Positions 1 through 7,162 are shown, counted from the first letter of the stretch. The stretch: 24,000 bases of DNA from Oceanococcaceae bacterium (GCA_041603255.1 JBFIER010000011.1:53611-77610), one strand, 5' to 3'. Numbers and translations are program-made. Notes: a model not told the origin generated them from the sequence alone.

Positions 1-303
1 CTGAGCGTCGGGTTCCTGCAGGCCTTCAATCAATTCCTGCAGATGAAACATCAGCCGCCGGGGGTCGTCGTCGGCCTCGTCCAGCGACAGCCATCCGCAG
101 AGGTTGCCGGCTTCCACGCGGGCCTCGCGAATCTGCAGCAGCGTGGTGGATTTGCCGTGGCCGGCGGGGCCTTGCAGAAAGACGACGCGGGCCTCGGGGT
201 GCGCGACGATGGTCTGCAGGATCTGTTCACGCGGCACGCTCCCGGGCACCAGCAAGGGCACATGCAATTTGTGCGAACGATTGCGTCCGGGAATCTGCGC
301 CAT
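1..303 (-). CDS. LuxR/MalT-like STAND-ATPase transcriptional regulator, N-terminal 101 aa only (continues past the window start)
   Basis: Not in the ORF track because it runs off the edge. The reverse complement of 1-303 reads MAQIPGRNRSHKLHVPLLVPGSVPREQILQTIVAHPEARVVFLQGPAGHGKSTTLLQIREARVEAGNLCGWLSLDEADDDPRR... It has a Walker A loop (GPAGHGKST) and the LSLDExD segment typical of MalT/AlkS-class LuxR regulators. ATG is at 303-301, with an AGGAGA Shine-Dalgarno 6 nt upstream (reverse complement of about 310-315). It lies 58 nt downstream of the RND gene on the same strand. Confidence 0.65.
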   Translation of the reverse strand, partial: MAQIPGRNRSHKLHVPLLVPGSVPREQILQTIVAHPEARVVFLQGPAGHGKSTTLLQIREARVEAGNLCGWLSLDEADDDPRRLMFHLQELIEGLQEPDAQ

Positions 304-361
304 GATTGTCTCCTTCCACACTGCCGCCCCGCGGGTGACGGAACACGCCGCACTCAGCAGA

Positions 362-2731
362 TCAGCCGTGCACCGTAGCGTACTCCGTTGGCGTCCCTAC
401 CGCGCGGGGTTGCAAAAATGCCGGCCGGACGAGTGCGATCAGCAAAGGCAGCACCACCAGGGCAGAAACCATGTTGATGGCCATGATGGCCATGATCAGC
501 AGGCCCATGTCGGCGACAAATTTCAGACCCGACAGCAGATACAACGGGAGAATCGCGATGGTCATGATCGACGCCGTGAATGCGATGGCCTGGCCGCTGG
601 TGGTGAGTGACTCACGCAGTGCTTGTACCCATTGCCCCGGACGCAGCGCCAGCTCTTCCTGCACCCGCGACACCAGATAAATGCCGTAGTCGATGCCCAC
701 ACCCAGGCCGATGGCCGCGACGATCATCGAGTTGACGTCCAGGCCGACCCCCAGCAGATGCATGCAGGCAATCATGCTCAGGTGGGCCAGGTTGACCGGA
801 GCCAGCAGCAACAGCCCGGCGATGGGCGAGCGGAAGGCGAACGAGGCCAGCAGGAAAATCGCCACGTTCAACAAGCCCACCACGATGTGGTGGTAACGCG
901 CGATGATGCGATTGATGGCTTCCTGGATGGCGATGGTGCCCGTGCCCAGGCGCACCCGGAAGGCGTCGTGTTCAACCCCGACCTCGTCCACCGCAGCACC
1001 GGCCGCCGCCAGCACCGCATCGACGGTTTCCTGCGTGTTGTCCGCATACCAGAGCGACACGGTCCCGTGCTGCATCGTGTCCGACACCACGTGGCTGTAC
1101 GCTGTGGAACTGGCCCCCATCATCGCGCCGACAGCGGCGGCCGTGAGGGCGCGCTCGCGCGGGTCCAGCGGTAACCAGCGGGGGTCGCCGCCATTGAACA
1201 GCCGGTTCACGTCCGAGAGGTAGTCGGCAAACGAAAGCGTGGCCCGCGGTGGCATGGCGCTGTTTTCCATCGCGCTCTGCAGCTGCTGCATGGTCTGCAC
1301 CGCATCCACCGTGGTGGTGGTCCACTGATCGCTGTCCGGGTCGCGTGCTTCGAGCACGATTTCCAGCGTGTTGGTGCCCGGAAAATCCCGGTTGATGGCG
1401 CGCACCGCGGTGTTGAATTCCGAGTCCTGCCAGAGCAGGTTGCTGCCCGGCACCGGGTTGCCGATACGGATCTGAGCGGAGGTCCACCAGGCGGCCGCCG
1501 TAATCAGCAGCATGACCACCGCCAGCGGGTAACGCCGCGGCCCGCTGACCAGGTTGGCCAGCCCGGTCAGGAAAGGCTTGAGCGCGTGGATCCGTTCGCC
1601 GTTGGCGTCGCGGCTGGGATCCGGCAATACCGCGAGCAGCGGCGCCATCATCAGCACCCCGGTCGGGATCAGCCAGAGCGCCCAGAAGCCGCAGAAAATC
1701 GCATGGTTCACCATGGCCGGTATCGGCGCGGCGACGACCACGATAATGCCGAGCACGTCGGTGATGATCGACAGCATCGAGGGCTTCATCATCGCCTTCA
1801 GCGTGGCGCGGGCAGCCTCCGTGCGGTTGGGTAGCACATGTCGGTATTCCTGGAAACGGCTGGTGAATTGCACGCCGTGGGAAAACGAGCGGGCGATCAG
1901 CAGCAGCGGTACCACCAGCAGCAGCGGTTCGATGGCGATCCGCAGGTGCCCCACAAAGCCGAAGGCCCAGACCGCCGCGGTGCCGGCGGTGATCACCGGT
2001 GTCAGCACGCCAACCAGGCTGCGCATGTTCAGCGACAGGGCGAGGATCAGTATCGTCAGGGTCAGCGTGAATATGCCGGCCATCTGCCATTCGTGGCGAT
2101 AGACCCAGCCGATCAGTGCCGGGCGTCCGGTGAGGTGGACTTCGTGGTGCTCGTCGCGGGCGTCCTCCACCAGCTGCTGCACATATTCAAAGGCCTCACC
2201 CCAGTCCACCTTGTGTTCGATGAAGGTGGCGGTGATGATCGTGGCGTCCTGCTGGGCCGAGATCAGAAAGGTGCGCACGTTGGGCGATTTTTCGACCCGT
2301 TGCCGGATTTCTTCGATATCGGCCGACGTGGTCGGCTTGGAGTCGTCCATCAGCGGGCGCATGTCCACCCCGTAGGGCGTGGCTTGTGAATAGCGCGCCT
2401 TCTCGGTGGCGATGGACATGATCTGCGCGTGATCCACGCCGGGCGCGAGATCGATGTCGCGGGTCAGCTGCCAGATCTTGCCCAGTGTTTCCGGGTTGTA
2501 GATGTCCCCGTCGACGCGTCGGACCATGACGATCATCGTCAACGGGTTGCCGAAGTTGGGGTGGTCCCGGTACACGTCCACCAGGGGGTCATCGGTGGGC
2601 AGCAGGTCGTTGAAGATCGTGCGCAGCTCCACATGCGGCAACCCTGCGGCGAAAAAGGCCGTGATCGCCGCAAATACAACCAGCGTCCAGCCCGGCCGCG
2701 CCAGCAGCCGGTCCGCTAACCAGTCTCCCAT
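362..2731 (-). CDS. RND-superfamily (MMPL/HAE3-like) inner-membrane transporter, paralog 1 (789 aa)
   Basis: Full-length ORF with two blocks of multiple hydrophobic helices, each preceded by a large soluble loop (RND/MMPL topology). It aligns along its length with the 834-aa ORF at 12848-15352. Examples: FGNPLTMIVMV / FGNPLSVVVMI, ATEKARYSQATPYGVDMRP / ATEKARYAEATPYGVDMRP, GVGIDYGIYLVSR / GVGIDYGIYLLSR. It starts 4 nt after the DUF1329 stop. Confidence 0.85.
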   Translation of the reverse strand: MGDWLADRLLARPGWTLVVFAAITAFFAAGLPHVELRTIFNDLLPTDDPLVDVYRDHPNFGNPLTMIVMVRRVDGDIYNPETLGKIWQLTRDIDLAPGVDHAQIMSIATEKARYSQATPYGVDMRPLMDDSKPTTSADIEEIRQRVEKSPNVRTFLISAQQDATIITATFIEHKVDWGEAFEYVQQLVEDARDEHHEVHLTGRPALIGWVYRHEWQMAGIFTLTLTILILALSLNMRSLVGVLTPVITAGTAAVWAFGFVGHLRIAIEPLLLVVPLLLIARSFSHGVQFTSRFQEYRHVLPNRTEAARATLKAMMKPSMLSIITDVLGIIVVVAAPIPAMVNHAIFCGFWALWLIPTGVLMMAPLLAVLPDPSRDANGERIHALKPFLTGLANLVSGPRRYPLAVVMLLITAAAWWTSAQIRIGNPVPGSNLLWQDSEFNTAVRAINRDFPGTNTLEIVLEARDPDSDQWTTTTVDAVQTMQQLQSAMENSAMPPRATLSFADYLSDVNRLFNGGDPRWLPLDPRERALTAAAVGAMMGASSTAYSHVVSDTMQHGTVSLWYADNTQETVDAVLAAAGAAVDEVGVEHDAFRVRLGTGTIAIQEAINRIIARYHHIVVGLLNVAIFLLASFAFRSPIAGLLLLAPVNLAHLSMIACMHLLGVGLDVNSMIVAAIGLGVGIDYGIYLVSRVQEELALRPGQWVQALRESLTTSGQAIAFTASIMTIAILPLYLLSGLKFVADMGLLIMAIMAINMVSALVVLPLLIALVRPAFLQPRAVGTPTEYATVHG

Positions 2732-2735
2732 CGAC

Positions 2736-4130
2736 TTAGACGCGCCCGAGCCGCTGCAGCGCTTGCTGGGTCAGATAACGCTCGTACATATCCGGGTCGT
2801 TCGGGCCGCTGAAGTGTTCACCTTCCAGTTCGCGTACCTGCTCCATGCGGGTGACCTTGCCGGTCTGGATATCCGAAGCGATGACCTGCGTCCAGCTCCA
2901 GTACGGGTGTTTGCCATCCATGACCGTCTTGTCACCGGCTTCGTACAGCGAATACGCACCGTCAAAGGAGCGATAGGGTTCGCCGCGGCGGTCGTAGGTG
3001 ACCATGCCGATCAGCGTCTGATTGCGGGCATCAAACCACAACCGCTTCTTGGAAACCGGAGCGCGCGGAAAGCCGGTGGGCTCGCATTCGATGACGATGG
3101 CTTCGGGCACCAGTTCGACTACGGTGTCCCAGAAGCTGTCGTCTTTCTCGCCACCGTGGGTGTTGTGTTCCCAGTTGTCGTGTTCGGCGTGGAAGTTGCC
3201 GGACAGCCCCGCCAGGAACGGCCCGCGTCCCACGATCTTGAAATTCCCCCAGGTGTTGAGCGGATCGCCGGCACCCCAGGCATCCGACAGATACAGCGTC
3301 GTCTTCGGCAACAGGGGCTCGAAACGCTGGCTGGTGGGGAACTGGCGGATGCGGCGGAATTCGGGAACGTAGCCGTACAGCAGCGGGAAGGTGTTCTGAT
3401 CGTAGTCCCAGATGTTCAGGAACGACGTGCCCCGAAAGTTGTACGGCTCCAGGAAGAACACCGATTGAAAGCGCAGCTTGTCCTTGTGTTCCTCCCAGTA
3501 GGGTTTGGGGTCCATGGAGACACGCGCAACGGTGTTCAGCTCGGCCCAGCCACCGGTGTATTCGAAGCTCACGGAACCGTCCGCTTCGATGTTGGAAATC
3601 TTGACCGCGTAGAAAGACGCGTCGTGTCGGCCCCAGCTCAGAACCTGGGCGGCATACAGTTCGATCGCCTTTTGCGGGTCGGGGAAGGGATTGCCGCCGA
3701 TCCACGGCTGACCGTCCAGCGTCACCACATTGCCGCTGTCATCGAACTTGGCCTGGCCCGCGTTGCGCAGTGTCGCTTCCACGTACTCCCACGGCGACAG
3801 GCGGTAGGGGTCGGTGGTGGTCGGGGCGATTTTGAGCTTGCGGCCCTGATTCAGGATCTGCTCATAGCGAATGGGCTCGAGCAGATCTTTGACATGCTCC
3901 ACGTTGGCTGCGGTGATCTCATCACCGGTGCTGATCTTGCCCTTGGTGTAGCCCTCGATGGACAGCAGCTCGTCCGGATAAGCCGACGAGATGTCGCCTT
4001 TGTCCTTGATGGCGGCCCACAACGGGCTGATCACCCCCGTGGCCAGCACACCCAGGCCGGCATCCCGTAAGAATTTGCGGCGGCTGTAGTTCGAATCGTA
4101 TCGGCGAATATGCATTGTGTTTGCTGGCAT
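2736..4130 (-). CDS. DUF1329-family (LolA-like fold) periplasmic protein, paralog 1 (464 aa)
   Basis: Full-length ORF, roughly half identical by eye to the ORF at 15379-16767. Examples: YTKGKISTGDEI / YTKGKISTGDII, FRRIRQFPTSQRFEPL / FRRVRQFPTNQRFEPL, and both C-termini end QQALQRLG. The N-terminus carries SRRKFL plus a hydrophobic stretch. An alternative start is the ATG at 4115 (MHIRRYDSNY, matching the paralog's MNIRKYDFNY). Confidence 0.8.
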   Translation of the reverse strand: MPANTMHIRRYDSNYSRRKFLRDAGLGVLATGVISPLWAAIKDKGDISSAYPDELLSIEGYTKGKISTGDEITAANVEHVKDLLEPIRYEQILNQGRKLKIAPTTTDPYRLSPWEYVEATLRNAGQAKFDDSGNVVTLDGQPWIGGNPFPDPQKAIELYAAQVLSWGRHDASFYAVKISNIEADGSVSFEYTGGWAELNTVARVSMDPKPYWEEHKDKLRFQSVFFLEPYNFRGTSFLNIWDYDQNTFPLLYGYVPEFRRIRQFPTSQRFEPLLPKTTLYLSDAWGAGDPLNTWGNFKIVGRGPFLAGLSGNFHAEHDNWEHNTHGGEKDDSFWDTVVELVPEAIVIECEPTGFPRAPVSKKRLWFDARNQTLIGMVTYDRRGEPYRSFDGAYSLYEAGDKTVMDGKHPYWSWTQVIASDIQTGKVTRMEQVRELEGEHFSGPNDPDMYERYLTQQALQRLGRV

Positions 4131-4312
4131 CCTGCAGCGAGTCTCCCGGGCGAATCATGCCCGAGCTTCGGTGAGGGTGCCCCTATCTTCCGTTAGGGGG
4201 CTCTGACGGAATCCAAGGTGACGGTTTCCTTGGTGGCGCTCCTGAGCCAGCGCCGGCGGCAAAGACAGCGGTCCCTTGCACTCGTCACAGGGCTTCCGCG
4301 CCATGGACGGCG

Positions 4313-4361
4313 CCTGCACTTCTCCGCGCCGTCCGTGGCGCGGAGACCCTGCGCCGGAACC
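4313..4361. repeat. 49-nt perfect direct repeat, copy 1
   Basis: CCTGCACTTCTCCGCGCCGTCCGTGGCGCGGAGACCCTGCGCCGGAACC, identical to 4416-4464 (offset 103 nt). It contains a 10-bp stem with a 6-nt loop. Confidence 0.9.
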
Positions 4362-4370
4362 ACTCCAAAA

Positions 4371-4480
4371 GGCCCGGGAGAGCCGGGGTTCCACCGCAGG
4401 GACGTCTGACCGGCTCCTGCACTTCTCCGCGCCGTCCGTGGCGCGGAGACCCTGCGCCGGAACCCCGGCTCTCCCGGGCC
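4371..4480. repeat. Perfect 20-nt inverted repeat pair enclosing direct-repeat copy 2
   Basis: GGCCCGGGAGAGCCGGGGTT (4371-4390) is the exact reverse complement of AACCCCGGCTCTCCCGGGCC (4461-4480). Together they could form a 20-bp stem around a 70-nt loop that itself contains a 10-bp hairpin. Confidence 0.85.
4416..4464. repeat. 49-nt perfect direct repeat, copy 2
   Basis: Identical to 4313-4361 on base-by-base reading. Confidence 0.9.
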
Positions 4481-4506
4481 GTCAGCAATGGCCAGTTCGG
4501 GTTCCA

Positions 4507-5376
4507 TCAGAGGTTTCTTGGAGGCTGGGAAGGGAGGGTGGTGAGCGGTAGAGGCTTCGTTTCCGTTTCGCAGGATGTCTCCAGGGCCGAGCGCAACAGA
4601 TCCGTGGTGTCGGGCAGCCAGCGATAGTGACCCGCATCGGCCTCGCAGTATCGAAGGCTGCCGTCGCAGCCGTTGTAAGTCATGCAGCCATTGGGGGTGA
4701 CACGCACGCTGCTGCAACCCATGCATTGGGCCCAGCCTTCGGCAGCGGAACTTCCGTAGCCGGGGAACAGGCTGTCCCGGCGTCCGTGGTACAGGGTGAC
4801 GTGGATGCCGGTCGGGCATTGAAACTCTGCAAAGTCCGCCTGCCGCAGGCCGGCGCCGCTGGCCACGATGGCTTTGGGCCGGAGTGGCTGCTCGTAGGGC
4901 AGCAGTGCCAGCAACTGCGCCACGCTGCCCCCGTCTGAGTGCCCGGTGAACGTGACTCTCTGTGGGTCCACACACCAGTGCTGCTGGATGCGCTTCACCT
5001 GCTCGGCCAGCCGTGGGATGGCGGTCGGGCTCAACCGCACGCTGCTGATATAGGCCACGATGATGCCGCGGCCGGTGGCCGCATGCGTCAAACCGACCCA
5101 GCGTTCGGTCAGATGGCTGTTGGCGCCGGCGGGACTGAACACCACCAAAAGCGGATGAGCGCGGGTAGGCTGATAGTTGCTGGGGGTGCGCACATGGAAG
5201 GCGGGCAGTGCGGGGTCCGCGGGCAGGGGGGCGGTGTTGGCGGCACACGCAGCCACGCTGGCGGCAGGGTAATCATAGGCCGCGGGTCTGATGGCCTCCC
5301 CCCAATGGAGCTGGGTCGCCAGCAGGGCAAAAGGAAGCGCCAGGATCACCGCCCAGAGGGCAAACTGTCGCATCAT
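4507..5376 (-). CDS. Secreted alpha/beta-hydrolase esterase, LpqC / PHB-depolymerase-like
   Basis: GHSDGG nucleophile elbow (GxSxG) in VTFTGHSDGGSVAQ, preceded by HPLLVVFSPAGANSH (oxyanion-region-like). The C-terminus is Cys-rich (QCPTG..., CMGCSS..., NGCMTYNGCDGSLRYCE), as in LpqC-type esterases. The start is moved to MMRQFALWAVILALPFALLATQ (ATG at 5376 or 5373), which gives a clean signal peptide. The track ORF start at 5463 would overlap the divergent MerR gene. Confidence 0.65.
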   Translation of the reverse strand: MMRQFALWAVILALPFALLATQLHWGEAIRPAAYDYPAASVAACAANTAPLPADPALPAFHVRTPSNYQPTRAHPLLVVFSPAGANSHLTERWVGLTHAATGRGIIVAYISSVRLSPTAIPRLAEQVKRIQQHWCVDPQRVTFTGHSDGGSVAQLLALLPYEQPLRPKAIVASGAGLRQADFAEFQCPTGIHVTLYHGRRDSLFPGYGSSAAEGWAQCMGCSSVRVTPNGCMTYNGCDGSLRYCEADAGHYRWLPDTTDLLRSALETSCETETKPLPLTTLPSQPPRNL

Positions 5377-5447
5377 TTGCCCCCAGCGCTTACAGTTCGG
5401 TTTGGGGAGGAAAAAGCCCGCGGGCAGGCCGCTGGTACCATAGATCG

Positions 5448-6191
5448 ATGAGCAAAATGACAAAAAAAACGCGCCCGCGAACCAGCCAGACCGAGCGGCC
5501 GGCGCCGTACAAAATGAAGCAGGTCGAGGAGATGACCGGTGTGTCGCGGGAGACCGTTCGGTTCTACATCAGCGAAGGCCTGTTGCCCCCGCCGGTGAAG
5601 TCCGCCCGCAACATGGCCTGGTACTCGGACCGCCATGTCGAATTGCTGCGTCTGATCTCGCGTTTGCAGAACGAACAGTTTTTGCCGCTGCGCGCCATTC
5701 GTTCGCTGGTGCACGGCACCGAAGACATCAGTTTTACTCCCCAGCAGGAGGCGGTGCTCGATGAAATTCGCCAGGAACTGAGCGGGGTCGACGTGCTGCA
5801 CCATGCGGCGAATGAGGAATCCATCGGTGATTGCCCGGAGGGTTTCAGTGGCTGCGAGTGCGAGGAGTTGCGTCAGTTGGGTGAACTGTCGGGGGAGAAC
5901 GACAGCGCGCTGGAAAATGACCTGCGCCGGATCTGGGCGCGTTTGCGGCAGAACGGTTTGACCGAGGAACGGGGTTTCAGTCCGGCCAACCTCGAGTTTC
6001 TGTCCGAACTGGCCAAACTCGCCGTGCAGGAGGAACTGCGGCTGTTTGGCGAAAAGATCGTCCAGATGTCCGAGGGCGAAGCCAAGCGTTTGTCCCATGA
6101 AGTCATCCCCGCGTTGAACGATGTATTCAGTCTCCTCCACAAGCAGCGCCTGACGTTGGCCATCAAAAATCTGCTTGAAGAGCGCAAGTAG
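5448..6191 (+). CDS. MerR-family transcriptional regulator with a long C-terminal domain containing a C-x6-C-x-C cluster
   Basis: MerR-type winged HTH: YKMKQVEEMTGVSRETVRFYISEGLLPPPVKSARNMAWYSDRHVELLRLISRLQNEQFLPLRAIRSLV. Cys129/Cys136/Cys138 (GDCPEGFSGCECEE, nt 5832-5861). The start is uncertain: ATG 5448, 5457 or 5514, and none has a strong Shine-Dalgarno. Confidence 0.8.
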   Translation: MSKMTKKTRPRTSQTERPAPYKMKQVEEMTGVSRETVRFYISEGLLPPPVKSARNMAWYSDRHVELLRLISRLQNEQFLPLRAIRSLVHGTEDISFTPQQEAVLDEIRQELSGVDVLHHAANEESIGDCPEGFSGCECEELRQLGELSGENDSALENDLRRIWARLRQNGLTEERGFSPANLEFLSELAKLAVQEELRLFGEKIVQMSEGEAKRLSHEVIPALNDVFSLLHKQRLTLAIKNLLEERK

Positions 6192-6234
6192 CTTAGCGCG
6201 ATAAACGCAAAGTGCGTAGTGTGTCCACGTACAG

Positions 6235-6267
6235 TTGACACAATTTGCAACATCATGCCAGCATAGT
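6235..6267 (+). promoter_or_regulatory. Candidate sigma70-type promoter upstream of the monooxygenase operon (perfect -35, over-long spacer)
   Basis: TTGACA at 6235-6240. The best -10-like hexamers are CAGCAT (18-nt spacer) and CATAGT (6262-6267, 21-nt spacer, 4/6 match to TATAAT). No experimental support; motif reading only. Confidence 0.25.
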
Positions 6268-6304
6268 TTCGCGCCCATTACGGGCCGTTGCTCGAGGAGA
6301 TCAC

Positions 6305-7114
6305 ATGAGTAAGCAAATTGAGATGGGTGCCGGCGCTGTCGACACTCCGCGTGCACCCTGGCGTGCCATCTTTCTGGCGTTGGCCGGGATTGCCGTCGTT
6401 TTCGGCTTGTATCGCGTTTATCAGCATCAAACCGCCTTTACCTTCGGCCTGGACTATTTCAGCGATGACTTCCAGAAGTACTGGATGACCGTGCTGTACG
6501 TCGAGCTGACGGTCATTCCGTTGCTGGGCGCTGCGATCGTCGGTTATCTGTGGAAGACCCGTGACCGTCATCTGGACCAGCTCAAGCCGGTGGATGAACT
6601 GGGTCGTTACATGAAACTGGTGGGCATGCTGCTGCTGTTCGTAACGGTGTTCTACCTGACCGGTTCGATCTACGCCGAATCCGATGCCGCCTGGCACCAG
6701 GTGACCGTGCGTGATACCGATTTCACCCCCACCCATATCGGCTTGTTCTACTTCGCGGTTCCGACCCTGATCGTGCTGGGTGTGAGCAGCTTCATGTACG
6801 CACGAACCCGCTTGCCGCAGTTTGCCGAGCGGGTCTCCCTGCCGTTTGCCATCGCGGTGGCCGGCCCGATCATGATCATGCCGAACCTCGGTTTCAACGA
6901 ATGGGGCCACACGTTTTTCTACGCTGAAGAGCTGTTTGCCGCACCGATTCACTGGGGCTTCGTGCTGCTGGGCTGGGCGGTGTTCGCTGCCGCCGGGCTG
7001 CTGGTGCAGGTGCTGACCCGCATCATCGCGCTGACCAAGCAAATGAACGATGACGCCGCTGCCGCCGTGCAGCCGGTGTTGAGGCAGGATCAGGCGGTCG
7101 CCAAGGCCGCCTGA
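6305..7114 (+). CDS. pmoC: Copper membrane monooxygenase subunit C (PmoC/AmoC family)
   Basis: Hallmark motifs are SDAAWHQVTVRDTDFTPTH and GFNEWGHTFFYAEELFAAPIHWGFVLLGW. These conserve the D-x3-H-x12-H (D127/H131/H144) and N-x3-H-x13-H (N198/H202/H216) ligand sets described for the PmoC CuC and CuD sites. The start is moved to ATG 6305 (MSKQIEMG), preceded by a GAGGAG Shine-Dalgarno. The track's TTG at 6245 lacks one. Confidence 0.9.
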   Translation: MSKQIEMGAGAVDTPRAPWRAIFLALAGIAVVFGLYRVYQHQTAFTFGLDYFSDDFQKYWMTVLYVELTVIPLLGAAIVGYLWKTRDRHLDQLKPVDELGRYMKLVGMLLLFVTVFYLTGSIYAESDAAWHQVTVRDTDFTPTHIGLFYFAVPTLIVLGVSSFMYARTRLPQFAERVSLPFAIAVAGPIMIMPNLGFNEWGHTFFYAEELFAAPIHWGFVLLGWAVFAAAGLLVQVLTRIIALTKQMNDDAAAAVQPVLRQDQAVAKAA

Positions 7115-7125
7115 GGGGAAATCTC

Positions 7126-7162
7126 CAAGAAGCCGCCTTGACCAGGCGGCTTCTTGCTTTTG
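7126..7162 (+). terminator. Strong stem-loop with a short T-tract between subunit C and subunit A genes (attenuator, transcript-processing or stability element)
   Basis: CAAGAAGCCGCC (7126-7137), loop TTGACCA, GGCGGCTTCTTG (7145-7156): a perfect 12-bp stem, followed by CTTTTG. It lies 12 nt after the pmoC stop and 15 nt before the pmoA ATG. Confidence 0.5.

Larger units (their letters stand above)
4296..4480. repeat. Composite REP/BIME-like structured intergenic repeat region
   Basis: Three copies of a GC-rich palindromic unit. The two perfect hairpins are TCTCCGCGCC-GTCCGT-GGCGCGGAGA at 4321-4346 and 4424-4449. A degenerate copy, CCGCGCC-ATGGAC-GGCGC, is at about 4296-4313 with the loop in inverted orientation. 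The region also holds the direct and inverted repeats listed separately below. Confidence 0.75.

Noticed and set aside
2502-4070. 522-aa plus-strand ORF antisense to the DUF1329 gene. Similar long antisense ORFs: 972-2090(-), 4193-5248(-), 5373-6356(-), 11011-11898(-), 12863-13750(-), 15361-16686(-), 17795-18886(-), 19070-20293(-), 20321-21103(-), 22320-23510(+).
   Set aside because: They lie opposite or out of frame to ORFs with clear family signatures. Their composition is Arg/Gly/Pro/Ala/His-rich and low-complexity, as expected for stop-codon-poor alternative frames of GC-rich coding DNA. They have no recognisable motifs.
4313-4464. Possible CRISPR array, because of the perfect 49-nt direct repeat.
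   Set aside because: There are only two copies. The repeat is longer than typical CRISPR repeats and is embedded in other palindromes. No cas genes or leader are in the window.
4155-4551. Several 60-90-aa ORFs on both strands across the 4131-4506 intergenic region.
   Set aside because: They are built from the direct and inverted repeats, so the same peptide fragments recur (for example ...LHFSAPSVARRPCAGT... appears twice). They have no Shine-Dalgarno sequences and overlap each other. This is best read as non-coding structured DNA.
5377-5463. The extended esterase N-terminus (track start at 5463).
   Set aside because: It would overlap the divergent MerR start and put 29 non-signal residues in front of an otherwise classic signal peptide. 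The internal Met-Met at 5376/5373 is preferred.
6245-6304. The TTG start at 6245 for the subunit C gene given by the ORF track.
   Set aside because: It has no Shine-Dalgarno, and it would place the candidate promoter inside the coding region. ATG 6305 has a GAGGAG Shine-Dalgarno at ideal spacing and gives a PmoC-like N-terminus.
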